Shown: positions 12,407 to 26,273 of the stretch, piece after piece | Numbering within the stretch: position 1 is the first letter of the stretch | Layout: each line of letters opens with the position of its first letter | Assembly (NCBI RefSeq): GCF_964204645.1 | Contig: NC_134026.1 | Location: forward strand, 30,166,150 to 30,230,149 | Source of the DNA: Tubulanus polymorphus | Taxonomy: Eukaryota; Animalia; Nemertea | DNA: 64,000 nucleotides | Reading direction: 5' to 3' | Position numbers and translations under genes: made by a program | Notes under the pieces: model-generated | The model's input: the letters and a program-made list of their open reading frames with translations, nothing else | The model's database searches: none | Told to the model about the DNA's origin: nothing

Positions 12407-15400
12407 CGTCTGGTTTATGATTCGACTAAACCTGGAAAATCCGCGGGGACTTTTTGTTTAAAAGATTTTCGATGTTATCTAGCAAACGATCTTCCTGGTT
12501 CGTGCATATATCCTCTACTGTCAATAGTCATGATATAGAACTTTTGTTTTGAATCATACATTTATTCAATGCAACAAAAAAAGCGCCCGAGTCAATAAAG
12601 AGTTTATGCTGATAATTACTGTTATGTTTGCAACTTCCATGTATATACAAAAATTTTACCGTTTTGCCATTTTATTCCATTTTTAATGAGGGGTCCAGAG
12701 TTTTCATGCATTAAAAGTATTCTCGTTTCATTTTATTTGGTTGCAGAAAATGGAGACAGTTCCAACGTAAAAAAGTGCTCCAAAACAGAAAACATATAAA
12801 CATTCTATAGTAGATACTACAGCTCGAGGAATAAACCAAACCTTTTAGACCAATCATCTCACTCTACGTACGTACACAACGTACGCAGTCTACACGACGA
12901 AACATTTTAGAAAAAGAACACCAGACAAACATCGAAATGCCCCACAGAAAATGTTTATAATGTAATACATCGGTGTTAGGTTACTACAAAACAATGGTTT
13001 TTTTAATGACAGAGTCTAAAGTTATGTAGTGCATTATTGTCTACATTTTGAATTTTCAGAAATAACCAGGAGCAAAATTACGCTCGCTTTCGACGACAAT
13101 GAAACCAAATTATGGCTTATAACTATGACAGATATAAATGACGCCTAATGGAATACATCACCGTCACCAATTACTAACATTTGTAAACTAATTCGATTAA
13201 ATGAAAGTGGACGTTCGTTCGTATATGCGTATACATTTCATATGTTACTGGACAATCGTAGATGTTATTAATCTCACGCAGATCTGCGTTGTAAATCACA
13301 ATGTAGTCCCGCTGGGTTTTACCAACAACATTTCATATTATCTCAAAAAGCTGTTTGTACAAAGAGAACACAGAAGTGTCGTTTTCGGGGAAAATTTTCA
13401 ATCGCTGAATGAATGCATTTTGTAACTGTAGAAATCCATTGTGCATTGGAAGTAGATTTTAAAACTTTGTTATAAAAACAAGTGGAACTGCTGCTGGATG
13501 AGTCAAAGGTAAATACATTGCAATTCGCATGATTTGAAATTTTAATTTCAACATTATCTCTTTTGAAAAAGAACAATTTTTTTGCATCAGGAATTCAGAA
13601 TATTTGAATACATTTGGATATCAGAACTGAAACTGAGGTTTGTGTTGTCATGATTCGGCTAACTGACGAATTGTTTTGTCATTTTATCTAGATTGAACCT
13701 CGCATGGAGTGCCATGATAAGGTAGATATATATATATATTTATGGTACTCACATTTTTCGGGGCCACCCTGGAGCTAATAGAATCGCATTAGTGATGTGT
13801 GAATGCGAATAGATATGAACCCTGGAGACGAAAGGAAACAAATCAACCCACAAAACTCTTTGTTCCATTTACATTATTTCCTTCTTGTATCGTAGCAACT
13901 AATGAGCGACTGACGTGCATGAAATAGTTCTAAGTTTTAGTTTCATTTCTATTAATACAATTAACTGGAAGCTCACAAGTCATTCTTGAGAACTCAAAAC
14001 ATCGGTAGTTTTAATATCAACCCATCCGCCAGATAATAATTTGTTGTTTATGAACACACCCAAGTACAACAGGAACTCGTGGCTCATTTCATTATTCCTG
14101 AGGGCAAATTTCGAAACGAAACAATTTACCCTGGTAATATAATGCGTGCAGTTTGATCTAATCAGTCAGCGCCGATCCAGCTCAAAACACGTACGTATTC
14201 TATGTTTCTGTTAATGGCAACATATCCCTTTTAATATCTGATATTTTCAAAGGAATATAACCATTATACTGTTTATAACGTCACGTATGTGAATAGTCGA
14301 GGGAAGAGTTAGTCGTTACCAAGCATACTAGAACCAGAATGAACTCATTCTAGTATCCCTAAGGGTAACATGAACTATGCTCACTGTTAATAGGGTTTTC
14401 ACAGCGTATCAAAAATTTTTTCCTTTTTACCGATATTTTATGCAGGTGTCATTTTAGTTGTCATCCTGAGTTTATTTGTCGTCTCGGTGCTACAGTTTCT
14501 CCCCAATATTTCATATTTCTTCCCAAGAATACATAAAATACATGAATTCCGTCGTTAATCGCTTACCTTGAAATTTTGATTAAATATTTCTCGGTCTTTT
14601 TCCAATTTTGCTTATTGATACAACTCGATATGAATTGTTTACAGCCTTATCGGATTGGAATATTATATGATTAAAACATGAAGTGCAGTGATGGATGATA
14701 CCCCCAGCATGCTTGAAAAACCCCATCACATGAAGAAAAAACTGCGAAGCGTTTGAAGCGTCGACTCGATTTCTATGAGCTATTTTCAAAAATCTTTTGA
14801 AACAGTTTTGTAAATGGCACATAGAGAAACATCAATAATACTCTCGTAGTTTTTTCTCCACTTTGTGAATTTTTCGTTACTTGTTTATTGAAGTCAACTT
14901 CAGTATGAATTTTCCTATCGCCAGAAAACCAAGAGCTCATCATGTATATGTAGAAATATATAATATTTCATTCGAATAGAGAGGGACCGGCGGTAGAGAC
15001 TTACAGAGCTCTGTTAGCTTTATTAGATTAGCGATATTTAATAATATACGACCAGATGGTGTTTTGTGAATATATCTAATCCACTCACGGGAAGCGGAAA
15101 ATATACGTGAGATACATAGGATCCAGTTCCGCGTAAATTAAGAGTTAACTCTGAGTTTGAATTAGTTCATTTTTTAACGTTTTAGCTCTTAGTTCAATCT
15201 TAGCTCTGAGGTGTGGAAACCGTTCCTGATATTTTACTGTCATCTCACGTAAAACTTTTTTCGCTCAGTATTTTACCTGCGAAGCATAAAGCAAGTATTT
15301 CGACATAAATGACAGGCTGATTCTATACATAATCCCTCAGTCGCTGATTGGCTGGTTGCAGGGTAAAGCCGAAATTAGCTTTGAGAAAGATCTAACTTTG

Positions 15401-17613
15401 GATCAGGTCAATCAGTCAGTACCTACATTCAGTCTAAAAGTACGATAGTCCTCTGTAGAAGACATCTTCAATGTTTAGAGTAATGAACGTCATCGGGATA
15501 AAGGGAGCAGTTGTGGTATTCATTATTATGACATCGGTTAGTACTGCAGTCAATACGGCATATTCACCAGTTTTACCAACGCAGGAAAACTATATTCATA
15601 AACGAAGGTAAAATTGAAGAATGCAACAGTTTTATAATTTAAAAATCATATTTGATCGAAGCGTTAATCATTTGAATCAATGTATATAGAAATAATGGAT
15701 AATGTTGGAACGACCAGTAACGTACCGTAGTTTGCTCGGTGTGAGCATATATTTCATCAATCATTGGAATGCTCTTTCCGTTTCAAAAAATACAATTTTT
15801 AGTATGTAAGGCTACTGTAAATAATGAAATTCTATGACTTGTATGCTCATTCACGTAAAGTGACGTTTTATATCGTTACTTTCATTGCTAAAATCATTCA
15901 GTTTCCAGTCGTTCTAAAATAACCTATGCAACAAAACTGTTTCTAGATCAATAACAAAAAATGAGTGTTGTTTGTTGTCAGTAAACGTTTTCCCGATCAT
16001 CTATTTAAACGTTTTCCTGTGAATAGGAAACGTGCGAATACGTTGTTTTAAGTGAGAACGCAGCATTAATAGTTATCTATATATAATATTATCTACATAT
16101 AATAGTTATTTATAGTTATCATCATTCGAGCGTATATGGTGATTGAAATAAGGCCGTAAAAACCGTTTCAATGATGTTCATATTGATACCTAGTATGCGT
16201 TTTTAAAGGGGTTCTGCTGAATCGATGTACACTACATCATCAATATATTGGCGCTTCAAAATAACAATTACAATAAATTATGAATTTTGGCGTTTATTTT
16301 ATAGGTAAATGTATTTCATAACTCTTATTCTATTTTTGATAAATTTTAATAATCATTTTTTGATGCATGTGCGCTACCTCGTCCAATTCACGGTCAATTC
16401 ATTTCAATTATCGGTATATTAGAATCCAAAATATCATCATTGATCCTTTTTATATGATTTTTACAATATCATCGATTATCGGCAATATCCAGCAATATTG
16501 TGTCATTTTCCAGTTAGTTTTCATGTTCAGTTTTCTATTCGTCAAAACGTGAAAATCTAAGAATCAAAAGGTGACGACAAACATGTATCATACATTGCAT
16601 GGATACATAAACCGTTGAGTGATTACACTGTAGATTAGATTTTTAGGATGAATAATGTAAAAGGGACAACGCAATGTATTCTGTCAATTTATATTCGTAG
16701 CAGAGTCGTTTTTATCATCAGTAATCTCTGTAAACGTTCATCTGAATCCTTTTCATACTTATCTAGCATGAAAATGTATGCAGAAACCTAGACGCCTTTA
16801 AAGAGAAACGAATATCCTTCAAGTATCGGAATATATGACAAGTATAAACACAATCAACTACATACAACTCTTAGCTTCCAATAATATTTGACGCAATATA
16901 CGGTACCCATAACGCGCTGCCGTTACATAACGTTTCAATAGAGTATTTTCTGAAAGAATTCAGTGCGTGATGAATATGAACCGTGAAAAACGACCACTTC
17001 ATCGATATATACAGAATTCTGTTGTATCGGTGTTATCCTATCGGTTGCACCAAATATTGAATTCTGTTTTTATTGGTGTCTTCCCCAGCGGTTGCACCCA
17101 ATATTGCCTATTCCAAAGTATTCAATGATCGTATATATATATGATGTATGTTCACGATCCAGTCCACGATACAACTCCCTATCGCTCTCAAAACAATCTT
17201 ACGGTTAGACTTTTTAGATTTTTATAAATTTGTCGCTGATCGGTGTTTACTGAATTGACAATGTGGAACACTCACAATGATCGATCGTTTATTCATCTAT
17301 TGAAAAAGCTGCAAGCAAACAGTTTGAAATGATTTCAGAACTGTTCAGTCGTTCAGTGTCAGTACCTCTGCACGAATGAAGTTCCAATTGATAGTTATCT
17401 ATAGGTCCTAGACCGCACGTTCATCCGGTAAATTGTTGTTTGAATAATTCATGATGACTTAACGGCTGGCCCGCGTATCTTATCTTTAAATGTTGGGAAT
17501 CTCCCTGTCCTTCAATATCGTAATAATTGCATGAATCTCTAATTTCTAGGTCCTAGTTACGGTAATAGGTAATGGCGATGTGAATCGTAGTAATGAGTAA
17601 CGCCAAGAGTTAG

Positions 17614-19984
17614 ATGAAGATAATTGATTTATCGGTGATGATGGCTAATAATCGAGATACTGATACCGCAACCATGCAACGTATTAACGTCAATATTACC
17701 GGTAAAAAGTACGAGATATTAAAAACAACTCTGCAAAAATTCCCTAACACTCGTCTGGCGAAACTGGACGAAACTCAGGAAAATTATGACGGAGAAAAAG
17801 ACGAGTATTATTTCGAAAGGGACCCGACGGTGTTCGAATCTGTGATTAACTATTATAGAACGGGAGAGCTTCACGTACCTCTGTCATTGTGCGGTCCTGT
17901 AGTCAAAACAGAACTCGAATATTGGGGAATTTCAGATCGAAATATAGAAAGATGTTGCTGGCCACACTATAGTCAATTTCAAACACAAAAGACAAGTTTG
18001 TTGAAATACGAGAAATCGACGGTTTACCAAGTGAATTCTACGAATGTACCTTATACACGGTTTGGTAGATGGAGGCACGCGGCCTGGATATTCCTGGAGA
18101 ATCCACAATCATCTCGATATGCGGTGGTAAGTACATGAATATCTACACCAAACCGGTCTTATCTAAATGTACTATTTACTAGAGTCACCAGGGCCGGATA
18201 AATAACTATTAACGTCGGATGAACGAGGAGGAGACAAGTACATATTACTGGGGAAAAATGACGAATAAGTGGAACACAAAAATGAAACAAGTTAATTTTC
18301 ATCTGTCGACCGCAATTGTCCGGTTCATATCAATTAAGCTCTATAATCAAATACAACCCGTTGTTACTCAACACAACCAATCAGACTTGTGTGTTGTATG
18401 TACCCGTGTCTTCAGCTGCTATTATCATCAATATCAATTTACCCGTATATAACAGCGCTTCCTGATTTTTTATACGTATTATTTTGCAACAATCATTTCA
18501 ATGTTCTACCCTCATCTTGATTTGAAGATAAAGTTAGATCGATGAATTAAGTGATAAGATCTTATCTTTTTGATTTTCACTATTTGCGAAAGAAATTTCA
18601 AGCAAACACGTTCTAGCGACTTACAGGAAGTTGTTTCATAGTTCTCATTTAGATTTGCCTAATAATAATAATATCTAGTTCATCATCAATTGAAAGGAAT
18701 ACAAAATTACAAAAGGAACATAATACATGGAACATGATAGAATTAGTAGATCGATGATAAGGGCCTGAACAGAGCCTTTCAAGGAGGTGCAATCACTAGG
18801 ACGTTCACTCCCTCAAAATAGAACATTTTTCGCGAGTGAAATATTCACCTCGATCCAGATATTCATTAATTTTGCTGTTAAATGAAAGCGTAGTCATAAT
18901 AGATGTATAAATACATAGATAGAGAAAATGTAATGATATATTCTATTGAATTTTTCAGGCATATTCTCTATTTTCACTCGGTGTAATCATTATATCAATA
19001 ATGATTCTGATAATCTCAACGATGCCTCAACTGCAAGAGAAAATGACGAAAAATGATTGGGCCATATATCACGGTGTTAGTGTTGATGATATATTAGAGG
19101 ATGATCCTGATTACTGGGACGACGAGGACTCGCATCGAAACCGATCTTATCCACGATTCTTTACGGACAAATATCCGCCTGACCCGATGAATAGAACTAC
19201 CGCGAGAAAACCAAGAAAATTCCACATCGATAAAAAATTGCGCCGCGCACCGGAAGTTTTCGAAACGATGAACATCGCATGCGCGATATTTTTCACTTTG
19301 GAACTTTTAGCTCGATTTCTCGTTTCGCCGAGAAAATTACGTTTTTTCTGTGACGGTTTCAACTTGATCGATTTATTTTGTATAATTCCGATGTACGTGT
19401 GGTGGATTAGCCACGAGTTGAAACCTAAAGAAAGATATCAACAATCTTATCTAGATTTCATTAACGCTTTACAAGTTATACGCGTTTTTCGGGTTCTGCG
19501 GATGATGAAGTACAGTAAAGGATTGTGGGTACTCGTCTATACGGTCAAGGTCAGCTTGTCGGAAATTGCTTTGACGTTCATATTCGTGGGCATGGGCGTT
19601 TTAATTTTCGGGTCTTTGATCCACTACGCCGACGATAGGAAAACATTCGTAGACATACCCACCGGGTTTTGGTGGGCTATAGTTACCATGACAACAGTCG
19701 GATACGGAGACAAATATCCGACGACGACTGGTGGATACATTCTCGGTTCGCTGTGTAGTATTAGCGGCGTAATCGTGATCGCGCTCACTGTTCCTATAGT
19801 CGTCAATAACTTCTTGTTATTCTATCAACACGGCAAATCTCTATCCGAATGTATCTCACGCAACGAACTACAAACCGAGGCTAACGGCGGCAGTAAAACT
19901 AATAACGAAAATGAAACTTTGGACAATAATCACATAAATGTAGATCGGAGAACAGCCTGGCCTGATGAGAAACCTGTTGCGTGA
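17614..19984 (+). CDS. Voltage-gated K+ channel, Shaw/Kv3-like subunit A (exons 17614-18126, 18959-19984)
   Basis: T1 domain (EYYFERDP, Zn site HVPLSLC-x20-CC typical of non-Shaker Kv), S1-S6, pore WWAIVTMTTVGYGD, S6 ALTVPIVVNNF. Confidence 0.9.
18746..18810. repeat. Interspersed repeat fragment shared with 25791-25850
   Basis: GTAGATcGATGATAaGGgCCTGAACAGAGCCTT...CAATCACTAGGACGTT occurs at both loci. Confidence 0.7.
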
Positions 19985-20723
19985 AGATGGCCGGTTTTGA
20001 GTATCAATAAAATAGAATTTTGTATCGTTTTCGCTGGTATTTACAAGACTGAAATCAACGTTAAATTGAGATATCTTCAATATTTCATAAAATTTCTCCT
20101 ATTTTTCGTTTTGCGCAGTGTATTGCTGTTATTGTTCGTTGTAGATCCACAATAAATTCTTCACTTTCGATGTAATAAAAATTCAATCTCTGTTCATCTC
20201 TGCTGTTGTTATTACAAGCCCCTTTTGTTCGTTGAGATGAGTCTGGTTCACAACACGGTGAATTAGTTTGAGGTAATGTATTAGATGTCCGTGGAGAAAG
20301 AATACTTAATTACCATGGGATCCATTAATTCTACATCGCCGTGTAAAAAGTCACCATAAAAACGATTATTTTTGTCCAGTGTTGCAGTTAAAACGTTACG
20401 TATGATATTATATATATACATTGATTATTGTTTCTCATATCTGTTTTCATTTAACATACGCGTTTCAGTTGATGTGGTGTAAGGTTAATTACTCGACGCA
20501 TTTTCATTTAGTTCCATTTGCAACATTACACATTATAGATGTATCACTAGCCTGAGAGGGATAACGAAAAAAAAGGTTTTACCGCAGAAATTCATGCGAT
20601 CTATTTATTTCGATGAAATCTTATCAGACGCAGAACAACGAACTGAAAGTAAACAGATCAGCTGCGAAAAGCGATTGAAGCTATGATAAGCAAGAAAACG
20701 CTGTAAATTTAAATTGAAGTAAA

Positions 20724-22529
20724 ATGGATGTAAGTATCAAAGGTGCTGATGATTCGATGTTGATTCTCGACGTCGGAGGTCGTAGATTCAAAACATGGCA
20801 ATCGACTCTCCAACGGATCCCGAATACGAGACTAGCGATGTTGAATCACGAATCGAAATATTACAATCGCGAAACTGGTGAATACTTTTTCGATAGAAAT
20901 CCTGACATTTTTGAAAATGTGTTGGATTTCTATCGAACTGGAGAGTTACACGTACCGTTATCTAAATGCGGCTGGTCAGTGAAACTAGAACTGGATTTCT
21001 GGGGAATCAATTGGAAAGATATCAAACGATGTTGCTGGAATCATTTTAATTGTAGCTGGGCCGAAAAAGAAACTTTAGAGAAATTCGACAAAGATGTGAA
21101 CGAAAGAACTCCTCCAAACCGCGGTCACAACGAAGTTTGGATATTTCTGGAATATCCCAAATCTTCAAAATTAGCAACGGTATGATAGACGTTTCTCACT
21201 GTCTTAATATCACAACTATACATCAATAATGATAGCATCAAGAAGGTCTTGCTCGAATAGATAAGCCAATGTGTCTTCGGGTCTTTTAGAATTAATATTT
21301 CGTCACGTATATGTACAACCGGACTCAGGAGATCAATGGTGACTCCACCCTTCGTTTTGGAGTCCATAGTACAATGAATAAAACAAACATCCTGGTTATC
21401 TGATTGTTATTTTAACAAAATATGAAATCGTTGAGGAATTTTATGAAATTGATCGTAATGGATATCCCTATTTACACACATACAACATTAGTTCTGTCCG
21501 AGACGATTTTACAGGCTGTGCAATAATTTCACAGTCATCAGTTAAGGAAATATGATTGTTTTATTTCAGAAATGGTTTTTTTTGCAGATATATTCAGTGC
21601 TGTCCTACTTGGCTATTTTGACATCGGTGTTGATCATCATTATATCGACTTTAGAAGTGTTTCGACGTAAACCGACAACAAACGAATGGGCCTACTATCT
21701 GAACATGAGCGCCGAAGATGTACAGAACAGTTCTACCTACATCTCGAAACAAAACTTAACTTTTCGTAGTTTTGGAATATTAGTAGCTGAACATTCAGTT
21801 CTATCTTTATTCGCGATCGAATATCTGGTGCGGTTAATCAGCTGTCCTTATAAATTAGAATTTATCAGTCATCCTTTAAATATCGTAGATCTATTAAGCA
21901 TCGTTCCACTGGTAATACAAGCTGTATTCATCTTCGGGCACCCGACATTAAGATTCAGTGATATAGCTCGACGATTATTCAGAGCGTTCGAAGTCGTGCG
22001 TGTATTTCGTCTGTTTCGATTGATAAAGAAATATCGCGGATTTCAAGTGATTCTGTATTCACTGATTCGCAGTAGTGCTGAGATTGCTCTACTTATCGTA
22101 GTTATAGTAATGGGTACGATTCTTTTTGGTTCTCTTATCTATTACGCCGATGATAGAGATATGTTTGACAATATGTTTAGCGGTTTATGGTGGGCTGTTA
22201 TAACTATAACGACTGTCGGATACGGTGATTACTATCCAGTTACACCGTTTGGATATGTGATCGGAACTATATGTGCATTGAGCAGCATGTTGATAGTCGG
22301 TATCTCCGTATCTGAAATCGTCAGCAGTTTCGATATGTATTACAGATACTCGAAGACAGATACGGAAATTGACGAGTCTTCCCGAACGTATCACCCGCCG
22401 GATGTCGAATCGGAAGTTTTTCATCATCCACCCATAGCCGTTAACAGCATTCGAAATGTGGAAAGTAAATGTTTTGAAAATACGTCATACTGTAAAGAAT
22501 TAAGTGTGTTTTCAGCCGAAGTGACCTAG
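20724..22529 (+). CDS. Shaw/Kv3-like K+ channel subunit B with degenerate S6 gate (exons 20724-21179, 21588-22529)
   Basis: T1 domain (EYFFDRNP, HVPLSKC-x20-CC), pore WWAVITITTVGYGDYYP, S6 SSMLIVGISVSEIVSSF instead of the PVP gate; in-frame GT-AG splice. Confidence 0.9.
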
Positions 22530-23353
22530 ATACAGAACGTGTAGATGAAACGCGTTCCCTAATAATCATTCCATGACAGTTGAATAGCTAGTTACATCAG
22601 TAAAATTATGGAGCGATAGCGAAACTCGACGATTATCGATTCTGTAAAATATGTTTCTGGTTTGTCAGCGTAGTGAATGACTCCTTTGGGAATGATTTTA
22701 TCATGCGCTAATGGTTCATGAAATTTTAGCATTTCAATCGTCGCGTAAATAGTGGATATGAAGCTATGTGTCTCTTACAAAAATTACATTCTGTTACCCA
22801 GAATGTGCCATTCAGAAAACAATGACAAATACAGAGTTCGTCGGCAGCTGTAGATCTGTCTTATCGATATTATCAATTAAGCGTCATTTTGTATGTATCA
22901 AACTGCTCTGTGACAGAATGAACTGCGTAACGACTGGCAGTAGGTGTACTGAAAGATAAATGAAAGAATAAACAGAGGTAAGTTTACTGATGACTCGTTT
23001 GTTTTATTGTTCAAATAGAAACAAATCATTTTAATTTTCTATTATTCATCAACTTTCCAGTAGAGTCCCTCCGGACACTGGTTAATGCTATTAGTTTCAT
23101 ATTGGTCGCGGGTACGTTGTGTTTTTTCTGGGATTTGAACCATCGCGAGTTTCGTGATTGATATTTTCTAAACTAATCATAACAAAAGATTCATAGCAGC
23201 GATGGTAGTAACATAGATGCGAGCAGACGATTACTCGTTCTGTCTGTTGATACTCTGTGCATGAAGCGATCGAAATTTCCAATAACAGTTTACCTCATCG
23301 AGGAAGAACTAAAATGGTGAATGATTGTAGATAAGTGCAGGATATTTTCAGAT

Positions 23354-24902
23354 ATGGCAAAAGAGAAAAAAACTACGAAACCGTTTGAGAATGATTTTCT
23401 GATTGTGCTCGACGTCGGAGGTCGTAGATTCAAAACATGGCGGTCAACTCTACAACGGATCCCGAATACGAGACTAGCGATGTTGAATCACGAATCGAAA
23501 TATTACAATCGTGAAACTGGTGAATACTTTTTCGATAGAAATCCTGACATTTTTGAAAATGTGTTGGATTTCTATCGAACTGGAGAGTTACACGTACCGT
23601 TATCTAAATGCGGCTGGTCAGTGAAACTAGAACTGGATTTCTGGGGAATCAATTGGAAAGATATCAAACGATGTTGCTGGAATCATTTTAACTCGAGTTG
23701 GTGCGAAAAGACTACATTAGAAAAATTTGACGAGGATGTTTTGAAACCATTACCGTCAAGTAGTTCTTTGCTTGACAAAGCTTGGCTGTTTCTCGAATAT
23801 CCCAGCTCCTCAAGATGTGCCATGGTTTGTATATACGCGTATGTCAAATACATTTATGAACAATTACTGAATTCAAATGGAAAAGTACAATAAGTAGCTA
23901 GCAACTTAATACCTACTGCAGATCAAATAAATTTCAACTTTTGTAATGCAGGTCCTTGATTAACTACTCCATCACTTTTGTTCTGAATTTTGAATTTGTT
24001 TCTAGTTTGATATATATATGTTTTTGTAGGTGTATTCTACGATTTCGTACCTGGTTATTGTCGGTTCAGTATTGATGATGATCGTATCGACCTTGGAAGA
24101 ATTTCGACGAAGACCATATTCAGACGAATGGGCCAAGTTCTTCGACGTAGAAAAGAGTGCTATAAACGACTCCGTCATCGAAAAACATAAGAATATTACA
24201 TTACCAAATCCCGCAATAGTCATTACAGAGACTGCTTGCCTCAGTTTCTTCATGTTTGAATATTTTACTCGATTTATTTGTTCCCCGGATAAATTGAAGT
24301 TTTTCATCTGTCCTATGAATCTGATAGATCTATTCTGCGTGCTGCATTCTTTAACTATGAACCTCGTTTTCTATTTTTCAACTAGAATGAAATTCGACGA
24401 TTTTGTAAATCGATTATTCAGAGCGTTCGAAGTCGTGCGTGTATTTCGCCTGTTTCGTTTGATGAAAAAATATCGCGGATTTCAAGTGATTCTGTATTCA
24501 CTGATTCGCAGTAGTGCTGAGATTGCTCTACTTATCGTAGTTATAGTAATGGGTACGATTCTTTTTGGTTCTCTTATCTATTACGCCGATGATAGAGATA
24601 TGTTTGACAATATGTTTAGGGGTTTATGGTGGGCTGTTATTACTATAACGACTGTCGGATACGGTGACTACTATCCAGTTACACCGTTTGGATGCGTGAT
24701 CGGAACTATATGTGCATTGAGCAGCATGTTGATTGTCGGTATCTCCGTATCTGAAATTGTCAGCAGTTTCGATATGTATTACAGATACTCGAAGACAGAT
24801 ACGGAAATTGACGAGCCGTCCAGAACATATCGTGCTCCTGACGTACAACCAGATGTTTTTCTGGTTCCAAATAGAAGAAAACCGCTGGGTATTTCAGTGT
24901 GA
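23354..24902 (+). CDS. Shaw/Kv3-like K+ channel subunit C with degenerate S6 gate (exons 23354-23824, 24030-24902)
   Basis: Paralog of subunit B, near-identical in T1 and S4-S6; TVGYGD pore; start could be 23321 or 23354. Confidence 0.9.
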
Positions 24903-25588
24903 AGCCTAGTATATCGAATATCGTTTTTACTCCATAAATATTTATGTGATATGCAAAATATTGAAAATGAGATGTTGTATCATATTTTTTTTACTCGGGA
25001 AAAAATTTCACGGTTAGATCGTGAACTTTATTATCTCTTGACGACGAGTTTTGAAAGTTGAGAGGAATATGGATATTGATTAAATCTAGAACACGGTGTT
25101 CAACAGTATAACAGCTGATGAGTGATATCAATTAGAATGGGCTGCATATGACAAACGTATACGCCCGATACGCGCGGCCAGTTAACTATCAACTCTCATT
25201 TTACATTTCATCCATCGCTCAAAAAGTTCAATTGCATTCTTTGCGACAAGAGCTTATAAAAACTCTGATAATATTCTGATTATATGTAATTAATGATTTG
25301 TTATAATGCTATATTTAACTAGTTTACCTCTTTCTTCAAGTTCCTTTCTAAAATATCTGTCAGTGATTTTACGATGCTTTTTCTAAATAAAATACGGTTT
25401 GCAAAAAGTTACATTTTTTCGTATGTGGTTTTGTCCGTAAGTTTAAGTAACGGATTCGTTAGACTTGTCTCATTCTGTTGAGTATGTTCTGAATGAATGG
25501 TTGCGGGACATACATGAGGAGATTCCCATTTATAATCGCGTCACTGGAGATTCCACTCTATGAATTTCAGACGAGCACGACTGTCACC

Positions 25589-25700
25589 GAACCGGTCAGC
25601 GTGGCCGAAGGGTAGGGACGATCGCTTTGACACCGGATGTCCGAGATCGAATCCTTGCAAAGGTCCCCCGAGGCCACCTTACGCGTGTACGCACGCACAT
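25589..25700 (+). mobile_element. tRNA-derived SINE-like head
   Basis: A-box-like TGGCCGAAGGG and B-box-like GATCGAATCC at tRNA spacing, without a clean cloverleaf; followed by an AT-rich tail and a repeat shared with 18746. Confidence 0.5.
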
Positions 25701-25926
25701 ACATTTTAAGGTTTTGATTTAATGTATTTTTTTGTAATGTAATCTATTTCATCATCAATTATAATTACAAATATAATTTATAACAAATAGGTAGATTGAT
25801 GATAGGGACCTGAACAGAGCCTTAAAGGTGTACAATCACTAGGACGTTTAGGCCCCCTAGAAAAAAAAGAAAATTAATGGTAATGATAATAATAGTAATG
25901 GTAATTTAGGTAATGCTAGGTTAGGT

Positions 25927-26019
25927 TCTTAACTAGTTTTTATCCTAAATACATGTAAGATATGGGGAATATCTTAACTAGTTTTTATCCTAAATACATG
26001 TAAGATATGGGGAATATCT
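25927..26019. repeat. 45-bp direct duplication
   Basis: TCTTAACTAGTTTTTATCCTAAATACATGTAAGATATGGGGAATA present twice in tandem. Confidence 0.85.
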
Positions 26020-26273
26020 CACTCTTTCGCCCTCTGTTGGAATGTGCTTCAACCAATGAATCAAAAAATCATTTTTCTTTTTGAAATAATGCATTGATGA
26101 TTTATATCGTTCGAAACTATCCAAATTGTTAGGTAATGGTGTAGCATTATCTATTGTGCATTACCAGTAAATAGAATCACATTAGTTTAGAATCACAGTT
26201 AGATATGATAACTCCCGTGACCACGGTATAAATTGGTCCTATCTTCGCCCAATGATCAAAACACAGATTCAAC

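Noticed and set aside
25589-25670. Possible tRNA gene
   Set aside because: A/B boxes are present but there is no convincing acceptor or anticodon stem pairing; treated as a SINE head. The same applies to ~41505-41601 and ~9405-9465 (minus).
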